Assembly (NCBI GenBank): GCA_918797485.1
Contig: CAKKNE010000001.1
Coordinates: forward strand, 1,860,001 to 1,924,000
Length of the DNA: 64,000 nt
Origin: Pelagomonas calceolata
Taxonomy: Eukaryota
Direction of reading: 5' to 3'
Position 1 is the first letter of the stretch, and each line of letters starts with the position of its first letter. The notes beneath the pieces were generated by a model that saw only the letters and a program-made list of their open reading frames with translations, was not told the origin of the DNA and searched no databases. Shown in pieces: positions 9,316 to 22,000 of the stretch. A program made the translations under genes and the position numbers.

Positions 9316-12114
9316 ATGTCGTCGACGCGCAGCGCCACGCCGGACTTCGGCGACAGCGGCGACGACGACGCGCCCGCGAGCCTCGGCCGCCCGCCGCAGC
9401 CGGCGCCACCGCGACAACCAGCGCTCGAGGGCCGCCCGCCCCAGCCCCCGGCGGTATCCGATCACGCCCTCGAGGATGATGGCATCGGGCGAGCCTCGAT
9501 GGAGAGGCGACCCGCACCGGCACCGGCGCCGTCGCCGCGGCACCACGGCCTCACGCACGCCCTGTCCTCGGCGGGCCACGAGTTGGTGCACGGCGCCGAA
9601 AGCGCCGTGCATTTTGTGGATCACGCTGCTCATGATGCCGCCCATGCTTTGGAGGAGGGTGCCCGGAGGACGATGAGCTTGGTGAGACAGGTTTCTAGGA
9701 AGATCATGAGCGAGTCGCTGGAAGACGAGGCGTCGGCGACGAAATTCCACAGAAAACCACCCCCAAGACGACGCGCGCGCGCCTTAAAGGAGGACCAGGT
9801 GCCCTTCCCGCCGCGCGAGAAGAATGCAGGTCGAGTCTGGAACCCGATGGCCCGCCCTTCTTGGGATATTCTTATACTAGGCCTGATCTTCGTGGTCATG
9901 ATCCTGGCGCCCTTCGAGATCACGTTTCTACCGGAGGCGACGGGGTTTACGGGCGGGAGGAGACCTCGCCTCGAACGGCCGCAGACGGGGCTCTTCGTGG
10001 TCAACTTATTCGTCGATTTCTGCTTTCTGATGGATATCTTACTCGCGTTGAACACGGCCTATTTCGACGAGGACACGGGCGAGTGGGTCGTCGAGCACAA
10101 GAAGATCTTTCTTTATTACCTGCGGACGTGGATGGTGCCCGACGTCGTTTCTGTGATCCCTTTCGCCTACTTTCCGACGGGAGAATTGAAGATTTTCAAG
10201 CTCGCGAAGTTATTTCGCTTACTTAAGTTGTTGAGAATACTGAAGCAGCCTCGGATCATGTCTCGACTCTCGAAGCACTGTACGATCCGCGCGGAATTGA
10301 TGACGGTGCTCAAGTACGTCGTCATCGTGCTCTTCCAGATCCACTTTGGGGCCTGCTTACTGCGGTACATCGACGGCGTGCTGCTCATGGATAATTGTGT
10401 GGACAAGGACGGCGACAAGTTGCTGAAAGGGATGCATAAAGACGCGACCCAGAAACAGGTGCTGCGGAACGTCGCCATGAGGTACCCGGGCTTTAGGAGT
10501 GACAAGCCGCACTCGCGCGGCGGCGGGGAGGACGTTTTTTACTGCCCGCCGACCGTATTGGGCTTCTACTGGAAGCAAGGGGTAGCTGCGCAGTACTCCA
10601 TGGCCTTTGCGTGGACGCTGGGCTGCATGCAGGGGGAATTGTGGGGCGAATGTGTGGCCGAGCTATGGCTCAACGTCGCGATGACGATGTCGGGGTGTAT
10701 CGTGCTTAGTTTCTTGGTGGGAGACCTGTGCAACGCCGTGACGAACATGGATCCCGTGCGCAACGACTTTGTGCTGGCCTTCGACTCGTTGAACAACTAT
10801 ATTGAAGAAGTGCGGCCGCCGCCGGCGCTGCGGTATAAGCTGCGGGAGTTCATGTCCATGTCCGAGGTCGTGTTTAGGGAGGACTACCATCGAACATTGC
10901 TAGAAAGGTTGTCTCCTGGTTTATTATCAGTAGTAGCACAACACAATCTCGCGAATATAGTGGTCCAATTACCCTTCTATGTAGATACCCTAAAAAGGGC
11001 CTACCAACTCAAAACGGGCATGCGCTTCATCGTGAACACGCCGGCGGACCCGACCGCACCTCGGAAGGACGGCGAAAGCATCACGAAGCGCTGGGCTACA
11101 CTCGTATATGTGCATCGCAAAGGGTTACTGTTGGATGTCATCTATGACGACAAGCTCGAAGGAATTGATGATGAGGACGACCTGGAGGGTGGTGCTCCTC
11201 CACAGTCGGAGGCCGTGTCGCCCTTGGGTGCTTCGAAACGAGGTACGAGGTTAACCGTACCTATATCGTGGGTCCAGCCCGAGTCCTACGGTTCGAGAGC
11301 GACGCAAGATAGATGTAGTCGCGCTTTATATGAAGAGAACCGGTTTGTGGTCGCGCTGACGTGTCGCTTGACCACCAAACTCTTCATGAAGCGCGACACG
11401 CTGATCCGGAACAACTTGAGCGTGGTTTCAGATATGTACGTCGTGCAGTCCGGGAAAGCGGCCGTCTTCGGGCGGCACTCCGTATCATTACTTACTTTGG
11501 GTTTTCGGGAGGTCAATGACGTCATTGGGGACGATATTTGCACCTTAGTTTGCGGCGACAAGGAGACGCGAAGACGGCACTACACCGCTCGAGCATTATC
11601 TGCTTTACAAGTCTACGTCTTAACGGCCGACGCCTTCCGGGAGGTGCACGAGACGGGCATGTTTGATGAATTTGATGTGGGCATGCGGCGGTATGGGTGC
11701 TACTTACGAATTCAAAGAGCCTTTATCGTCCATGCTCGCGCGCGGCTCCGGGGCGCGACGCACCACCTGCACTGGGGCCGGGCCTACACGTTTTCGGACC
11801 AGCACGGGTCCTCAGAAAACCTCAACGTGCAGGACGAGGACGACGTGGAAGACGAGGCCGTCATATCCGCTCTGAGAGACGTCCACGAGGACATCGGGCG
11901 CTTGCTGCAGGCGCCGGCGTCGGCGCAGAAGCACTTCGCGGACCAGAACCCGGAGCTCGTCGCGTTAGCTCCGAACTTCGCGGACCTCAAACGGAGGGTC
12001 GTGAACGCGCTGGGGCACCACCACCGCCAGGCGGCGCACGCGCAGCGGAACGTGATCTCGAATCTGCAGCGCGAGGAGCAGACGCGGTCGCGGGGCTTCC
12101 AGGCGGCGTTCTAG
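9316..12114 (+). CDS. Voltage-gated cation channel of the CNBD (KCNH/HCN/CNG-like) family
   Basis: S1 WDILILGLIFV, S2 DFCFLMDILLALNTAYFDE, S4 FKLAKLFRLLKLLRILK, C-linker LNNYIEEVRPPPALRYKLREF, CNBD-like DMYVVQSG...RRHYTARALS. Confidence 0.85.
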   Translation: MSSTRSATPDFGDSGDDDAPASLGRPPQPAPPRQPALEGRPPQPPAVSDHALEDDGIGRASMERRPAPAPAPSPRHHGLTHALSSAGHELVHGAESAVHFVDHAAHDAAHALEEGARRTMSLVRQVSRKIMSESLEDEASATKFHRKPPPRRRARALKEDQVPFPPREKNAGRVWNPMARPSWDILILGLIFVVMILAPFEITFLPEATGFTGGRRPRLERPQTGLFVVNLFVDFCFLMDILLALNTAYFDEDTGEWVVEHKKIFLYYLRTWMVPDVVSVIPFAYFPTGELKIFKLAKLFRLLKLLRILKQPRIMSRLSKHCTIRAELMTVLKYVVIVLFQIHFGACLLRYIDGVLLMDNCVDKDGDKLLKGMHKDATQKQVLRNVAMRYPGFRSDKPHSRGGGEDVFYCPPTVLGFYWKQGVAAQYSMAFAWTLGCMQGELWGECVAELWLNVAMTMSGCIVLSFLVGDLCNAVTNMDPVRNDFVLAFDSLNNYIEEVRPPPALRYKLREFMSMSEVVFREDYHRTLLERLSPGLLSVVAQHNLANIVVQLPFYVDTLKRAYQLKTGMRFIVNTPADPTAPRKDGESITKRWATLVYVHRKGLLLDVIYDDKLEGIDDEDDLEGGAPPQSEAVSPLGASKRGTRLTVPISWVQPESYGSRATQDRCSRALYEENRFVVALTCRLTTKLFMKRDTLIRNNLSVVSDMYVVQSGKAAVFGRHSVSLLTLGFREVNDVIGDDICTLVCGDKETRRRHYTARALSALQVYVLTADAFREVHETGMFDEFDVGMRRYGCYLRIQRAFIVHARARLRGATHHLHWGRAYTFSDQHGSSENLNVQDEDDVEDEAVISALRDVHEDIGRLLQAPASAQKHFADQNPELVALAPNFADLKRRVVNALGHHHRQAAHAQRNVISNLQREEQTRSRGFQAAF

Positions 12115-12135
12115 GGGCCTTGCGTAAAATCCAAT

Positions 12136-12783
12136 TCAGTTACTCGTCCCCACGTAGTCCGGGTGTAGCAATGTAAAGGTCTGCCCCGCAAAGACACCTG
12201 GCGGCACCGTCACGCGGCACGCGCCGCGACCGGGCACGTCCACTGGAAAAACACTCCCCGGCCCGAGGCCCTCCGGGACCTGCACGGTCATCAGCGCGCC
12301 CACGGCCACGTCGTTCGGATTCGCCTCGGTCCGGAGCATCGGCGGCCTGTTATCGACGGAGTGTGCCTGATTGTGGACGCATATGCATCCCGCGTAGGCC
12401 GCGCACCCTATGAGCAGTACGACTAGACCGAACGCGCCGACGACGGCGAGGATGATAGCGATGCTCCGTCGCGACCGACCTATATTCCCGCGAAGTAAAT
12501 TTACAAAGCGATAAAAATGTGCAGGAACCCGATTTGATCCCCGCGCGCGAGAATCACTAAAACGCCCAAACCAACGCAAGATGATCCTCACAACATGCGC
12601 CGCCTGCGCCGCCCCACTGGCCCACACCGCGCCGCGGTGCGTTAGATGCCATACCAGGTACTGCGACGCACGAGCCGTGCTCCGCGCCCGCGAGACGCCG
12701 CCGCCGCCGCCACCGTCATCGAACGTGTAATGGTAGCAATACAACAATACTCTGGACAGGGTACTCGCCCGAAGACGATGCAA
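12136..12783 (-). CDS. Single-pass membrane protein with VxVPxG repeats; 5' structure uncertain
   Basis: TM IAIILAVVGAFGLVVLLIGCAAYAGCI followed by TVQVPEGLGPG and RVTVPPGVFAGQTF; the upstream part may contain an intron. Confidence 0.5.
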   Translation of the reverse strand: MHRLRASTLSRVLLYCYHYTFDDGGGGGGVSRARSTARASQYLVWHLTHRGAVWASGAAQAAHVVRIILRWFGRFSDSRARGSNRVPAHFYRFVNLLRGNIGRSRRSIAIILAVVGAFGLVVLLIGCAAYAGCICVHNQAHSVDNRPPMLRTEANPNDVAVGALMTVQVPEGLGPGSVFPVDVPGRGACRVTVPPGVFAGQTFTLLHPDYVGTSN

Positions 12784-13049
12784 CTACGCGTCGGAAGCAG
12801 AGAAAACCCGTTTTGCCTGTGGTTTTGCCGCACCGCAACGCATCAGTCCCCAGAGCCACTACAGCCCTCCCTAGCCCCCCAAATAACCCTCGGACCCCTC
12901 GACGGGCACCTGACAGAATCGGGTGGTTCGCATCACGCGTTGCAACAGCGCCGTGCGGCAGCGCTCGCTCCGAGGCCGAGGGGCCTGCCCGTTCGAGGCG
13001 CAGGGCATTGTACATAATTGTACATAGGGCTGCCGACGCGCACGTAAGC

Positions 13050-16000
13050 ATGGCGCATCTCCCAGCCATGGACACCATCGCAACCCTCAAGTCCCTCAGC
13101 CCCAAGCGTCGGAGGAAGAAGGACGCCCAAGTGATTGTGGACGCCCCACCCCAAGAGCTGCGTGTCGGGGATGTCGTCTTTCTCGGGGATGGCACGGACG
13201 GCTACCTGGCTTCCGACGCGCTCGGCGCGCGCGTGTCGTTCAAGCGCGGCGAGGGCGGCGGCGTCCCGACCTACAAGCTTGGCTGTCTGTGGCAGCTCTT
13301 CCCCGATTCCGACTATCGGCGGCGGGAACGACTTGTGAGATTAGGTGATGCCTTCGAGCTTCGCAAGGCCCTCAAAGCAGCTGCTGTCCAAGAGAAACAG
13401 GAGTCCGACGCCGTCGTGAAGGACGTCGAGAGCGGTGCTTTGAAGGATACGGCGCAGTACGGCGAGGAGTTTCATATTAGGCACGTGGTTACCGGGCGAT
13501 GGTTACGGGGTGATGGCGAGCCCGCAGAAGGTGGTGGCGGTTGTTTGAGGTTATCTCTAGCCACTGATTTAGAGAGGTCAAAATACTGCCGCTTTCGCAT
13601 CGCGCCGGGCTATCGGGCTCGAGGTCTCGGGACGCCGGTCTTCGACGGCGACGGCGTGCGACTGGAGGCCCAGGCTCTGACGCTGTCGCCGAACCATCCC
13701 GCGAGGCTGCAACCGACGTCCGATAACGAGGCCGCATTGGCTCTTGGTAGTACGCACAACTTGACCGTAACGAGGTTCGCGGAGCGCGCCCCGGGCCAAG
13801 CCGCGACAGGTACGGTCGATGCCCTGCAGTTCGTCCGATTGTTCCATCGAGAAGACGATACGTTGTTAGTGGCCTCGACGAATGCTCGCTTGAAGACCGG
13901 CCCGAAACGAGAACCGTACTTACGGCACATCTCGCGGAGAAAAGAATCCCCGGGCAAAGGGCTGTGGATCCTGGAGTTCGAAGATCCGTTGACGGGCGGA
14001 GCGTTCTCTTTTGAGCGGAAGGTGCGACTCAGGCACGCTTGTAGCGACCGGCATCTGGCTGTGGCCTACGGCGAACGCGGTACGAAGGGCCCGGCGGCAC
14101 CAGAACTAGTGGACCTAAAACAGGACGCCAAGAAAGGCGCTCTCGTGAGATCGCTATTCCGGTTGAAGCCCGTGCGCGACCATGAAGCTTCCAGTGGTTT
14201 TGCCTGCCTCATTACTCATGACGTGAGACCGAAGAGTAGAGATGGCGACCGCACGACGTTGTACCTCAAAGCCTCGGAACCAAAAAAGGACCGATCTCGA
14301 CGCATTGTCTTCGAGGACAACTCGACGGTATCGTTAGGGGCCTCGTTAGGCGCGACTGTCGAAGTACATATTGAAATCGGCCCCGAGGCGTTGACGCTGC
14401 AGGCGTTAAAAGCTGCCAGGACCGCGGTGGAAGAACACACGGAGTTCGTGCGGCGAGTCGGTCGCGACGAGGAGAACGTGGATGATTGCGCGGCGCGGGC
14501 GAAGATCCTCCGAGCGGAGAACGCGCTGCGAGGGGCCCTATCTTGCTTGAGAACCTCAAACGATAATGATTTGGAGGCCTTTGCGAACGCGCAGACGGAG
14601 GAGCAGCACAAAGACGACGATGGGGACGGCGTCGACGACGACGTAGAGCTATCCTTCGAGCACACGGGACCGGTGGACGCCGCCGCGCAGTCCATGACGC
14701 GGGAGGTGAAGCTGATCGATGCTTTGGCGAGAGCGATCGCTTGCGTCAAAACTTCCGGAATCAAGTACCCGCCGGCGCCGGGCGAGCAGCACGACCCGCG
14801 CTTCGGACCTTTGGAGGAGTTCCACCAACTCGCGTATGCCGTCTTAGTCACAAGTGTGAGAGACAACCGGCGCAACGAGACCTACTTCGCGAAAGGTAGA
14901 CTGGTAAAAGAGGAAAACAAACCGGAGGCGGGCGCGTTCATCGACCAGGTCATCGCAGAAGTCAGTGAACCGCTCGGCGCGCCGGAGCTGCTGACGACAC
15001 TTATAGCGAACAATTTGGATCTGACGCACCAGTTGGTGGACAAGAGGATGCTGCACCAGCTGGCCGGGTTTGTAGGTGATCACGGCCCGCGACCGGACTT
15101 GGCCCAAATCCTAGCAGCTACCCTATCGTGCCACGGGAAAGCCATACCGGGCGTGCAGGAGATGGTCGTGTCCACTTTATTCACGAAAGACGTCTCAGAG
15201 TTGTTCCGGAGGACGTTCCTCGAGACTAGTGTCGTGCGAGGTGATACGGCGTTCCGAGCCTGCGAGTGGCCCTGCGCGAAGGTCGACGATCCTCCGGATG
15301 GCTTTCTAGGCTATGAGGAGCTCGAAAGGGGCTGCCCGCCGGTCTGCGTGCGGTGGTTAGGGTCTGCTAGTTATCCTGATGACGCATTGTTCTACGACGC
15401 GCAAACTTTAGGATTGAGGACCGATAGCAACGGCTGGGTCGAACTGCGAGAGCTAACGAGGGAGCTCGACGACAAGATCTACCAGCACGCGCTGCGGGGT
15501 GCCAAAAATGAACCGGCCGCGACCGACCGCATCAATCGGAGGAGACAACTCGCGGCGTACTACGTCGAACAGATCAAGTTGGTGGCGCTATGCTGCCAGG
15601 ACCGATCTTATAATGCCATCGATGTCTTCGAGGGGACTTTTTCGTACGGGTGCTGTCTGTGGGTGCTCGCGGATGACACGTATCCCGATTTGCTACGAGC
15701 TGCTTTCGCTTTCTTGTTGAGAAGCTTACATGTAGACAGATCACCGCATCGGCCTCGATGCGGCTATCCGGTCCTACCGAAACGGGCTTGGGCCGTCGAG
15801 ACGCTCGTCGCACCGCAAACACCGCTGGAACATTTACCTAGGTTTGCGACGAATACAAATAACCCCTCGACGAAGTTCTATCTGTTGAAGGAATTCGTCC
15901 GATCCTATCTAGCTGATCGAGATACGTGTACGTTCAACAATCCAGCAAGAAATGCCCTGACGCTGCAGGTCCTGGAAGTGGTGGACGACTTGGTGGACTT

Positions 16001-19000
16001 CGGCTTCTACGCTACTTCTGATCACTTACGCAAATTACTAGGTCCGTTGTTCAGTGTTTTGGCGAGTGACGACCACCAAGCGAGTGAGGCCCAGCAATCC
16101 AAAACAATTATCCTGAGGATCGTTGGTCGCATATTGGGCATGCTCGGGCAATGCCTCATACAAGCTGCTCTCACCGAATTCCTGGCGATCAGAGACGAGC
16201 CTCAAATAGAGGTAAAGAGAAAACGGCCAAAAACTCCCAAAAAACGCAGGGGCTCCTTGTTTAGATCTCGGAAAATAATTCCCGTGGACGAGGCCGAAGA
16301 TCGACGGTCCTCGCAGGCGGAACGGTTTTTGGCTCTGTTAGATCCGCCGGCGCGCAACGAACGGAGCGACGAGGGGCTGTCAAATGAAGCGATACAACTA
16401 GAATTGCGGTTGCGGAAGTCGAGGGCGTTGGCCGAAGCGGTAGATTTAGCAGCGATGTGCGGCAAGTCCGATAGCGAGTTAGACGAGTTGTTGTTACGAC
16501 TTGCGGGTTCGGGAAGTGACGATTTGTTAAGAGAAGTACTCGCAGTGACGAAAGCGCTTAGATGCCCTACGTCACAGTTGTTGAGAATCATGGAGGATTG
16601 TGTGGTTGTCGACAGCGACGCGGCGCGGACCATTTATCAAACGCTGTCGTCGACGGAGCAGATCGACCCGATAGATACCATACCTCATTTATCAGGCATG
16701 ACCGCCGAGCTCTCGGACCTGGCGCAACGTTCCGAGCAGTGGGTCTTGTTGTCGGATCAACGAGCTTTAATGTTTAGACAGCGGGCGGAAGACATCCTAC
16801 GAACGTTGGGCAGACTCCTAGATCCCTCTTTGACAAATGACAAGCTCAAGACCCACCAGCACATCTTACTTAAATGTGGATTAGCTCCATCAATAATGGA
16901 AGCATTAGAAGTAGAAAAACCACCTGACTTGAGTGATGACGGGAGTCTGAGAGCTTTCCACGAGGCTGCCGGCATTGTTGCCAGTCGTTTACTAGCCCAA
17001 CATCCGGCCGCGCAACGAGCGGTAGTAGATAGATTGGCAGCCTCGATGCTCCAGTTGGTCAAAGACGAGTCGAGACTAGAGCTAAAAAAGACGCCGCGGC
17101 GCGCCTCGAACGATGATCTGCGAGCGCCTAAAGAGAAGAGTGACGACCTGCCCTGGAAGGTCCAGTGGCGCCGGGCGGCGAAGAAAGCCGTGGCTATTAA
17201 GGCGATGGCGGCTGGTCAGTCAGTAGTACACGATGATCACGACGACGCGTTTCGCTTAGCCCAATGCGTCTGCGGGACCTTCGGCGGTAACTCGTTGTTG
17301 TGTGAAGAAAAAGCTTCATTGTTCTTCGAGCCTTTAGTTGGAGTTGTTGAGAGACTACTAGAGGACGGCGGTGGGTCGGCGGAGGTCGCGTGCGTGCAGG
17401 CGTTGCAGGTGCTGGTCTGTCCCGGGCCTAGGAGGGAGGATGTCTGTCGTCGCAATCAGAAGCTGCTGGATACGTCGTTGCTCGCTAGGTTACGTGGTTC
17501 GTCGTCGATCGTCGACGCGGTCGTCGTAGATACTCCTGCGAAGCGTCGAGCGGTTTTGAAAGACCAATTGGTCCACTCGTCGTTGATAGCGTTGTTGGGA
17601 TTGGGCTGTCGGTCGCATAATATGCCCGTGGCCGTCGATGTTGTATCGTTGGTACCCTTCAAGCAACTGCTCTGGGGCTTGTGTTATGGGAATGCTTCGA
17701 CGATCAGATCCTATGTCGACGTGGCCAGGGAAGGGCATTTTGATGATGGGTCCATGCACGCGCACCGGTTGGATCTGTATGATGACGTGTTCTGGGGTAC
17801 TGCTTTGAGGTTGTGTGCGTTAGCGCTACCGGCAGATAGACGGTTAGCTTACGTGCGGACGGCCGACAGTCGAAACCGAGGCGACGCCTGGTTCTCCTCA
17901 CTCACACATAGTGAAGGGCAAGCGTGCACGGTCAATGAAATAGATGATTCGATCGACGACGACCGGCTACCGGCGCAAGCTTTACGCTTAGGTCGACCCA
18001 TACATTTAGTAAGGAACTCCCTACCCAGCGTGCGAAAGGCGGCCCAGGGCGCCGTGAACGCGTTCCTAAGAAGACTACTCACGGCAAGAGAATATAGAGG
18101 CTACCGCGTCTCCGACGTGGCCGCGGCGGCCGGCTCCGACACTGCTTTTTGCTTCTCGGACTTGCTACGACGCCTCATCGACGCGGAGGAGATTGATTTA
18201 GATATGCCCGCTTTGCAGGAAGTGTCGAAGATCGCCCAACATATCAGTATGCACGCGAACGGGTCGGATGATGATGTGTCCGTGAGGGACGGCCCTTGTG
18301 GCTTCGGCTCCGTGCAGAACGAGCGGTTCGCGGCGTCCATGGATCGGTACCGGAACATCCCTCCCCAAGTGACGGAGATTTCTGAGGAGAAGCGTCTGCG
18401 ATGCGTCGACTACGCTCGAATTGTGGGCAATCACGATTCCGTGGCGGCGGCCGTCATCGCTGAGGAAAGATCTCTGGTGCGGGCCTACCGCCACGTCGGA
18501 GATATTAGGGATGAAGCCGAATTCCTACAAAGACTTACGGAAGAGGACTGGGAGGTTTCTGATCAGAAATACAGGCGCCCGGGCGACCCGAGAAGTTTCC
18601 ACGACTTGCGAGACGTCGCCCTGGTCCACTTCCCCGAATATTTGATCGATGACGACCCGGACCACTGGAACCGGTTGCAGACGCGACTGTTTGCGTTTGC
18701 AGCTCGACAGTATCAAAAACGGGGCACCGGCGAGAAGTCTGGAGCTCGCGCTTTAATCTTCGACATGCTCTTTGCGCACTTGTGTGAATTGAGAGCGTAT
18801 ACCTGGGCGGCGCGCGACGCGGCGCTCCAAAAGGCCGCGGCCGATCTACAACGGAGGAAGGCCCACAAGGAGTTCGCGCGGTTAAGTGCGGCGCGGAACG
18901 CGTCGTCGGCTCTGAGGATCGTTAATAGCGCCCCGGTCGAGGTCTGCCTGATTTTAATTGTTATTGCCTCCTTCTTAGCTGTTTATGTGGGAGGCAAAGC

Positions 19001-22000
19001 GTATCAGAGAAGTTATGTTGCGCAATTGGCCGTCGGGGTGTCCGTGTCCATTATTTTTTCTCTAGAATTATTATTCAGAGTTGCCGCCCACACGGCCATC
19101 GCCAAATCATTAACAAGAGGTCTCGACGAGTGTTTTAAAGATCCTATCCGGTACATCGACCTGTTGTGTATTGTGTTGGAGCTCGTCGACTTATTGTCGT
19201 TGATAAGTACAAAGGAAAACAGTGGAAGTGGGTTCCGCGGGGCCTGGCTCCGGCTCGTGAAGGTCTTCCGGTTTTTTAAATTTTTAAAAGCGTTGAAGGC
19301 CGTCCGCTTGACGCGATTACTACGGTCGGAGGCCGTGCGCGAGGTGCTCTACAATTTCTATTTGTTCCTCCAGGCGGCGTTCGGCGTCGTCGACGTGATC
19401 CAGGATCATAGCAGCGCGATGACGCGCGCGACGCATCTGCGGGAGAAGCGCACGGCTTTTAGGGATGCGCAGGCGGCCCTGCTCGACGATAGCCCTGGGC
19501 AGTCCGGCGCGCAGGTGCTCATGAGCGTATTACTCGCGAAGCCCTCGGGGCTGCGGACCGCGGCCCTTAGGTTAGCGACGGGTATCGTCGTGGACGCGAA
19601 TAGAACGGCACAAGCGTGGTTCACGGAACGGCTCAAGGATGGAGAAGTCCTACGCGTAGCAGCAGATGAATTCCGAGCGACGTGCAATCACTTAGAGAGG
19701 CACCATCGGCGACGCCGGGCGGGCCAGCACACGGCGTTGGACGAGGAATTATTAAGGGGCTGTGCCTGGACGGTCAAGTTCATCACTTCCCTATTAGTCG
19801 GCCAGCACGGCCCGATGCAGGAGCTGTGCACGCGGCAGGCGTCGATGCTGGCCGCGGTCAACATTTTGCAGGAGCTCGAGCATTTACTCCAAGCCTTGGC
19901 CGATAGCACGTCCGACGACCCGCGTTTATTTTCGTCGCAGCAGTCCTCGGTAGAAAAGTTTCTCGTGGTCGGCGTCATGGAGTGCGTCGCGGCGTCGATG
20001 GACGGCGCCAACGCCGCGAATCAAGCGTTCGTCGCGGCTTCTGGTGTTCCTGACTTGCTGGCGGCCTTCTTAGCCCTACCTATAAATGATGTGATCGGCG
20101 AGGATCATTTAACGGAGATCGCCGCGTATTTGGGGAGGCGGGCGGCCATCGCGACCTTGGATAGCATGGTCGAGGGCTTATCTTTACGAAGCCCGCAAGT
20201 CCAATCATTACGAACGCGGCTCCCGAAGGGCCTGCTGAGTCGCATATTGAATGAATGCGCACCGGTCCATCGGAAGGTGCGCACACCTCGGGCCCAGCCG
20301 CCCTTCGACTACTTCATTGAAAGTGGTGATTTATCATCACCGGAAGCTTTGGAACGGCTCCACAATGAAAAATTAGAGGCCGTCGCCGACCTTGTCGTAA
20401 GGGCTCATGCTTTACGGGTTAAATTGTGGCACTTTGGGGTTTCTGATGGGCCTTTCTCGAATCTGTTGGGGGAGGTCGACGTGCGGTGGCGGGGACGAGT
20501 AGAACGAGTCTTCTTCGAGCTGCCGGAGTGGAGCGGTTCATTAACAACCGTAGCTAGGCAGCGCTTCGAGCAGAACGTGGACTTGACGAGCGCGGAGACG
20601 CGGATGCGGCAGCTCTTCGAGGACGGCGAGGGGATCATAAGGGAGGCGCGGTACCTGTACCGGATCGAGGAGTTGTCGAAGGTCTTCCAGATCGTGAACA
20701 AGAGGTACATTCCCCTGAAATATCGCTTGTACTTCCTGGCGTTGATCTTAAATCTCCACATGATGCTCTCGTCCACGGGCGACGGTGCCATCACCTGGGC
20801 CAATTCTGAGGAAAGAGGCAATAGCACGGCGGCTCTTTGTTTAGCCATCCCCACGCTGCTGGGCTACGGCGCCATGTGCGCGTACACGTTCATCTGCAAA
20901 TTTAAGACGACGGTCGACACGCACGTCGCAAGGACCTTGGAGGAGCGCGCCAACGCTCATGGGTTTGATGAGCGAGTAGAGGACCAGTTCTCCGCTCTGT
21001 TGTTAGGTAGCGCGACCCTCGCCAAGACCCAGCTCAAGTCGGCGATCGGCTTCACGACTGATGTTACTAAGACCATACAAGACACCGCCAAAAATGTCCT
21101 CGCTGACGATGACGACTCCACCGCGAATAGCTCGGCCAAGTGGGTCAACGACATGCTGGGGGAAGATAAAAATATGTTCAAAACTTCGTCGAGTGATGAC
21201 AATAATGTATATGAGCGCATGTCGTGGTGGGAGCCGTGTCTCGCGTATGGTCTCGGGATTGTGGTGTATGGTCTGAAGTTCGGCTGGAGCCTGACCATGG
21301 TATGGGGCACTTTAGTTTTAGTTGGCTTGTGCCTACCGGGAGCTTTCCGGAAAGCTAGAGATGATCCCTATACTACTTTTGATTTGATCGCGATTGCCGC
21401 TTACGATGCTATTACGCAGGATTTAGGTGTATGTGGTAATCTCGTATGTGTGGCTGTCGCGCTGATGGGCTTCAAGTGGCAGTACGTCTGGATCTTGCTA
21501 CTGTTAGATATTTTACTCATTTCTGATGATCTGCAAAATGTGCTCATGTCCGTCTGGATCCCGAAGGCGCAGCTGGTACTGGCGTTCTACTTCACGCTCG
21601 TCAGTATTGGGATATTGTCGGTGATGACGTTCTTCGTCGCCCAACAAGATTCAACAGGAACGATGAGCGACACGCACGACTGGAGTGGAGAAAATTCAGG
21701 AGGCGTCGGTCCGTTACCTGCTCCGGCGCACGTCGATGATGTTTATGATGATGAATATCATCATAACTTTGTGTGTCGTACTCCTTGGACTTGTTTCCTG
21801 AGAGATGTGTACATTGGCTTGATCGACGGGCAATTATTCACGGCGACGCTAGCGATGGAATATGGGGATGACCTCGACCCGTCGGACGCGATGAAGCGGA
21901 AGAATAACCTGGCGCGGATCTTCATACAATTGGTGTTTTTTATAGTGGTTACGTTATTACTGATCAACGTGTTTACGGGTATCATCCTCGATACGTTTTC

